Shown in pieces: positions 6,145-8,050 of a stretch of DNA of 8,050 nt. Below the pieces are notes generated by a model. The model was not told where the DNA came from, did no database searches, and saw nothing but the letters and a program-made list of their open reading frames with translations. The translations under genes and the position numbers were made by a program. The stretch covers positions 1 through 8,050 of IMG/VR virus record IMGVR_UViG_2778261269_000007; one strand, 5' to 3'. Position 1 is the first letter of the stretch. Every line of letters begins with the position of its first letter. This stretch comes from a virus. Its lineage: Duplodnaviria > Heunggongvirae > Uroviricota > Caudoviricetes.

Positions 6145-6798
6145 TTAACTAAATGTCTCTTCAGGCCACTGGCTGGCGATAACTTTCCCTACTACGGAAC
6201 AGCTATCATTGCATGGAATCATTGGATATTGCGGGTTTAGTGGCTGTAGGAACACCTGACCGCTATCCCTGATCAGTTTCTTGAAGGTAAACTCGTCACC
6301 ACCAAGTCTGGCTATGCAGAAATCACCTGGCTCAACAGCCTGCTCAGGGTCAACGAGAATTAACATCCCGTCAGGAAAGCTTGGCTTGGATCCTGTTGGA
6401 GCGGTCATGGAATTACCTTCAACTTCAAGCCAGAACGCACAATCACTGGCTTTTTTGGTTGTGCTTACCCATCTCTCCGCATCACCTTTGGTAAAGGTTC
6501 TAAGCTCAGGCGAGAACATCCCGGCCTGAACATGAGAAAAAACAGGGTACTCATATTGTTTTTTAACGGGGGCAGATGAGTATTCGCCAACAGGTGAAAA
6601 TGTACCGTCGTGGTTGAATGAGACGTTATCAATACCAAGGTATTTAAACACCACACCAATCTCGTCAAGAGATGGATGACGAGATCCGCGCAACCAGTGA
6701 CCAATTCCACCCTGCGTCATACCAAGCTCTTCAGCTAACTTCTCTTGAGTTATGCCGAGCTCTTTCATTCTGGATCTAGCCAGTTCATACCATTTCAT
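6145..6798 (-). CDS. cI: CI-type prophage repressor (HTH N-terminal domain plus S24 LexA-like C-terminal domain)
   Basis: The C-terminal 130 or so residues ([29 protein letters not shown]...[28 protein letters not shown]...[28 protein letters not shown]...) are near-identical to lambda cI as recalled, including the GNSM serine and the catalytic lysine region. The N-terminal HTH ([23 protein letters not shown]) is unlike lambda. The track ORF extends to a TTG at 6846, but an operator-like palindrome at 6814-6828 and an AAGGG Shine-Dalgarno favour ATG 6796-6798 (or 6802-6804). Confidence 0.85.
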   Translation of the reverse strand: MKWYELARSRMKELGITQEKLAEELGMTQGGIGHWLRGSRHPSLDEIGVVFKYLGIDNVSFNHDGTFSPVGEYSSAPVKKQYEYPVFSHVQAGMFSPELRTFTKGDAERWVSTTKKASDCAFWLEVEGNSMTAPTGSKPSFPDGMLILVDPEQAVEPGDFCIARLGGDEFTFKKLIRDSGQVFLQPLNPQYPMIPCNDSCSVVGKVIASQWPEETFS

Positions 6799-6813
6799 TT
6801 TCATACCCTTATT

Positions 6814-6896
6814 ATTACGCTCTGTACTAAAACCATCCATGCACAAGATGTATTTTTTGTTTGCATTCTAAAAGTACATATCGTATTATTGTTTCA
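6814..6896. promoter_or_regulatory. OR operator region with PR (plus strand) and the presumed PRM (minus strand)
   Basis: PR: TTGCAT (6861-6866), 17-nt spacer, TATTAT (6884-6889), start near 6896, followed by GGAGGG and the cro ATG. Operator-like palindromes AGTAC-N5-GTATT (6872-6886, over the PR spacer and -10) and ATTAC-N5-GTACT (6814-6828) belong to the same family as the OL sites. The PRM hexamers could not be placed with confidence. Confidence 0.55.
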
Positions 6897-6915
6897 TGGT
6901 TACTATGGAGGGCAT

Positions 6916-7131
6916 ATGAGCAACCTACGAAAATATCGAGAGTCACTGAATATCTCTCAAACAACACTTGCTAAGGCAGTTGGATGCACACAGGGAGCTA
7001 TCGGACATTGGGAATCTGGTCGTCGCTTCCCAGACCTTAAAACATGCCGTGCTCTTGTTGAGTGCCTAAACAAGTTAGGCGCAAAAGTCAGTCTTGATGA
7101 CGTGTTCCCGCCGGAACACAAAGCCGCTTAA
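6916..7131 (+). CDS. cro: Cro-like repressor (71 aa, XRE-family HTH)
   Basis: First plus-strand gene after PR, with GGAGGG 4 nt before the ATG. The HTH QTTLAKAVGCTQGAIGHWESG resembles the HTH of the adjacent cI N-terminus. Not lambda Cro by sequence. The track ORF 6745..7131 is 5'-extended through the operator region. Confidence 0.8.
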   Translation: MSNLRKYRESLNISQTTLAKAVGCTQGAIGHWESGRRFPDLKTCRALVECLNKLGAKVSLDDVFPPEHKAA

Positions 7132-7139
7132 GACATTCC

Positions 7140-7171
7140 CGCTCTTACACATCCCAGCCCTGAAAAAGGGC
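7140..7171 (+). promoter_or_regulatory. nutR site (boxA CGCTCTTA plus boxB GCCCTGAAAAAGGGC)
   Basis: The sequence CGCTCTTACACATCCCAGCCCTGAAAAAGGGC matches lambda nutR as recalled. The following segment up to the cII start also matches the lambda tR1 / cII leader. Confidence 0.8.
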
Positions 7172-7227
7172 ATCAAATTAAACCACACCTATGGTGTATG
7201 CATTTATTTGCATACATTCAATCAATT

Positions 7228-7273
7228 GTTATCTAAGGAAATACTTACATATGGTTCGTGCAAACAAACGCAA
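7228..7273 (-). promoter_or_regulatory. PRE (cII-activated repressor-establishment promoter) with TTGC-N6-TTGC cII-binding repeats
   Basis: The minus strand across the cII start reads TTGCGTTTGTTTGCACGAACCATATGTAAGTATTTCC, the lambda PRE arrangement as recalled. The direct repeats TTGC...TTGC lie at plus 7260-7273. Confidence 0.6.
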
Positions 7274-7544
7274 CGAGGCTCTACGAATCGAGAGTGCGTT
7301 GCTTAACAAAATCGCAATGCTTGGAACTGAGAAGACAGCGGAAGCTGTGGGCGTTGATAAGTCGCAGATCAGCAGGTGGAAGAGGGACTGGATTCCAAAG
7401 TTCTCAATGCTGCTTGCTGTTCTTGAATGGGGTGTCGTTGACGACGACATGGCTCGATTGGCACGACAAGTTGCTTCGATTCTCACCAATAAAAAACGCC
7501 CGGCGGCAACCGAGCGTTCTGAACAAATCCAGATGGAATTCTGA
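7251..7544 (+). CDS. cII: Transcriptional activator CII (97 aa)
   Basis: From ATG 7251 the product MVRANKRNEALRIESALLNKIAMLGTEKTAEAVGVDKSQISRWKRDW... is essentially identical to lambda CII as recalled. The track ORF 7191..7544 is 5'-extended. Confidence 0.9.
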   Translation: MVRANKRNEALRIESALLNKIAMLGTEKTAEAVGVDKSQISRWKRDWIPKFSMLLAVLEWGVVDDDMARLARQVASILTNKKRPAATERSEQIQMEF

Positions 7545-7566
7545 GGTCATTACTGGATCTATCAAC
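7490..7566 (-). ncRNA. oop: oop antisense RNA (overlaps the cII 3' end)
   Basis: The minus strand from about 7566 reads GTTGATAGATCCAGTAATGACCTCAGAA...GTTGCCGCCGGGCGTTTTTTATT, matching lambda OOP RNA with its terminator as recalled. The ends are approximate. Confidence 0.55.
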
Positions 7567-7576
7567 AGGAGTCATT

Positions 7577-8050
7577 ATGACAAATACAGCAAAAATACTC
7601 AACTTCGGCAGAGGTAACTTTGCCGGACAGGAGCGTAATGTGGCAGATCTCGATGATGGTTACGCCAGACTATCAAATATGCTGCTTGAGGCTTATTCAG
7701 GCGCAGATCTGACCAAGCGACAGTTTAAAGTGCTGCTTGCCATTCTGCGTAAAACCTATGGGTGGAATAAACCAATGGACAGAATCACCGATTCTCAACT
7801 TAGCGAGATTACAAAGTTACCTGTCAAACGGTGCAATGAAGCCAAGTTAGAACTCGTCAGAATGAATATTATCAAGCAGCAAGGCGGCATGTTTGGACCA
7901 AACAAAAACATCTCAGAATGGTGCATCCCTCAAAACGAGGGAAAACCCCCTAAAACGAGGGATAAAACATCCCTCAAATTGGGGGATTGCTATCCCTCAA
8001 AACAGGGTAAGCGTCAACGGAGCACCGTATTGACGCTTATTTATTGGTGA
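7577..8050 (+). CDS. O: Replication initiator O, N-terminal iteron-binding part; frame terminates prematurely at 157 codons
   Basis: The product MTNTAKILNFGRGNFAGQERNVADLDDGYARLSNMLLEAYSGADLTKRQFKVLLAILRKTYGW... matches lambda O through about residue 145, then diverges (lambda ...SKQGDTKDT versus here ...SKQGKRQRSTVLTLIYW stop). Full-length lambda O is about 299 aa. CAGGAG lies upstream of the ATG. Confidence 0.85.
   Translation: MTNTAKILNFGRGNFAGQERNVADLDDGYARLSNMLLEAYSGADLTKRQFKVLLAILRKTYGWNKPMDRITDSQLSEITKLPVKRCNEAKLELVRMNIIKQQGGMFGPNKNISEWCIPQNEGKPPKTRDKTSLKLGDCYPSKQGKRQRSTVLTLIYW
7926..8007 (+). repeat. ori-lambda iterons (four O-binding repeats; the fourth is truncated)
   Basis: Four direct repeats of the TCCCTCAAA(A/T)...GGGA type at about 7926-7942, 7946-7962, 7970-7986 and 7993-8007, inside the O coding sequence as in lambda. 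The right arm of the fourth repeat is replaced by unrelated sequence. Confidence 0.8.

Noticed and set aside
6799-6846. 5' extension of cI to the TTG at 6846 ([14 protein letters not shown]...)
   Set aside because: The extension would run through an operator-like palindrome (6814-6828) and the presumed PRM region. The internal ATG at 6796-6798 has a proper AAGGG Shine-Dalgarno, so the extension is probably not translated.
7258-7617. Plus-strand 119-aa ORF overlapping cII in another frame
   Set aside because: It is fully overlapped by the lambda-identical cII gene and the oop/O start region. It is an alternative-frame artefact.
7926-8007. Short direct repeats that could be mistaken for a CRISPR-like array
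   Set aside because: Only four imperfect 17-19 bp repeats with 1-6 bp gaps lie inside the O coding frame. They match the lambda ori iterons, not repeat-spacer architecture.
8040-8050. Terminal GGTGA resembling the first bases of an IS1 inverted repeat
   Set aside because: Only 5 nt are available at the window edge, far too little to call. The actual break from lambda-like sequence is about 40 bp earlier.

Overview
This window reads as the early control and recombination region of a lambdoid (lambda-like) enterobacterial prophage, with a mosaic structure. The right third is a complete immunity and early-right segment: cI repressor (minus), divergent PR/PRM operators, cro, nutR, cII with PRE and oop antisense elements, and the 5' part of replication gene O with the ori iterons. 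N, ral, cII, the 5' part of O, nutL/nutR and the C-terminal domain of cI match my memory of phage lambda closely, but the cI N-terminal DNA-binding domain, cro and the operator palindromes are different, implying a non-lambda immunity specificity, and there are no rexAB genes. The left two-thirds is the leftward (PL) early operon, all on the minus strand: N, a 28-aa ORF, ral, a cIII-like gene, small coupled ORFs, a RecT-family recombinase with no exonuclease partner, then a run of small accessory genes (Ea22-like, DUF551-like, Ea8.5-like) ending in an AlpA/Xis-type excisionase. The O reading frame stops prematurely inside the fourth ori iteron at a junction with unrelated sequence. No rRNA, tRNA or CRISPR array was seen. 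All homology statements are from recalled sequences, not searches.
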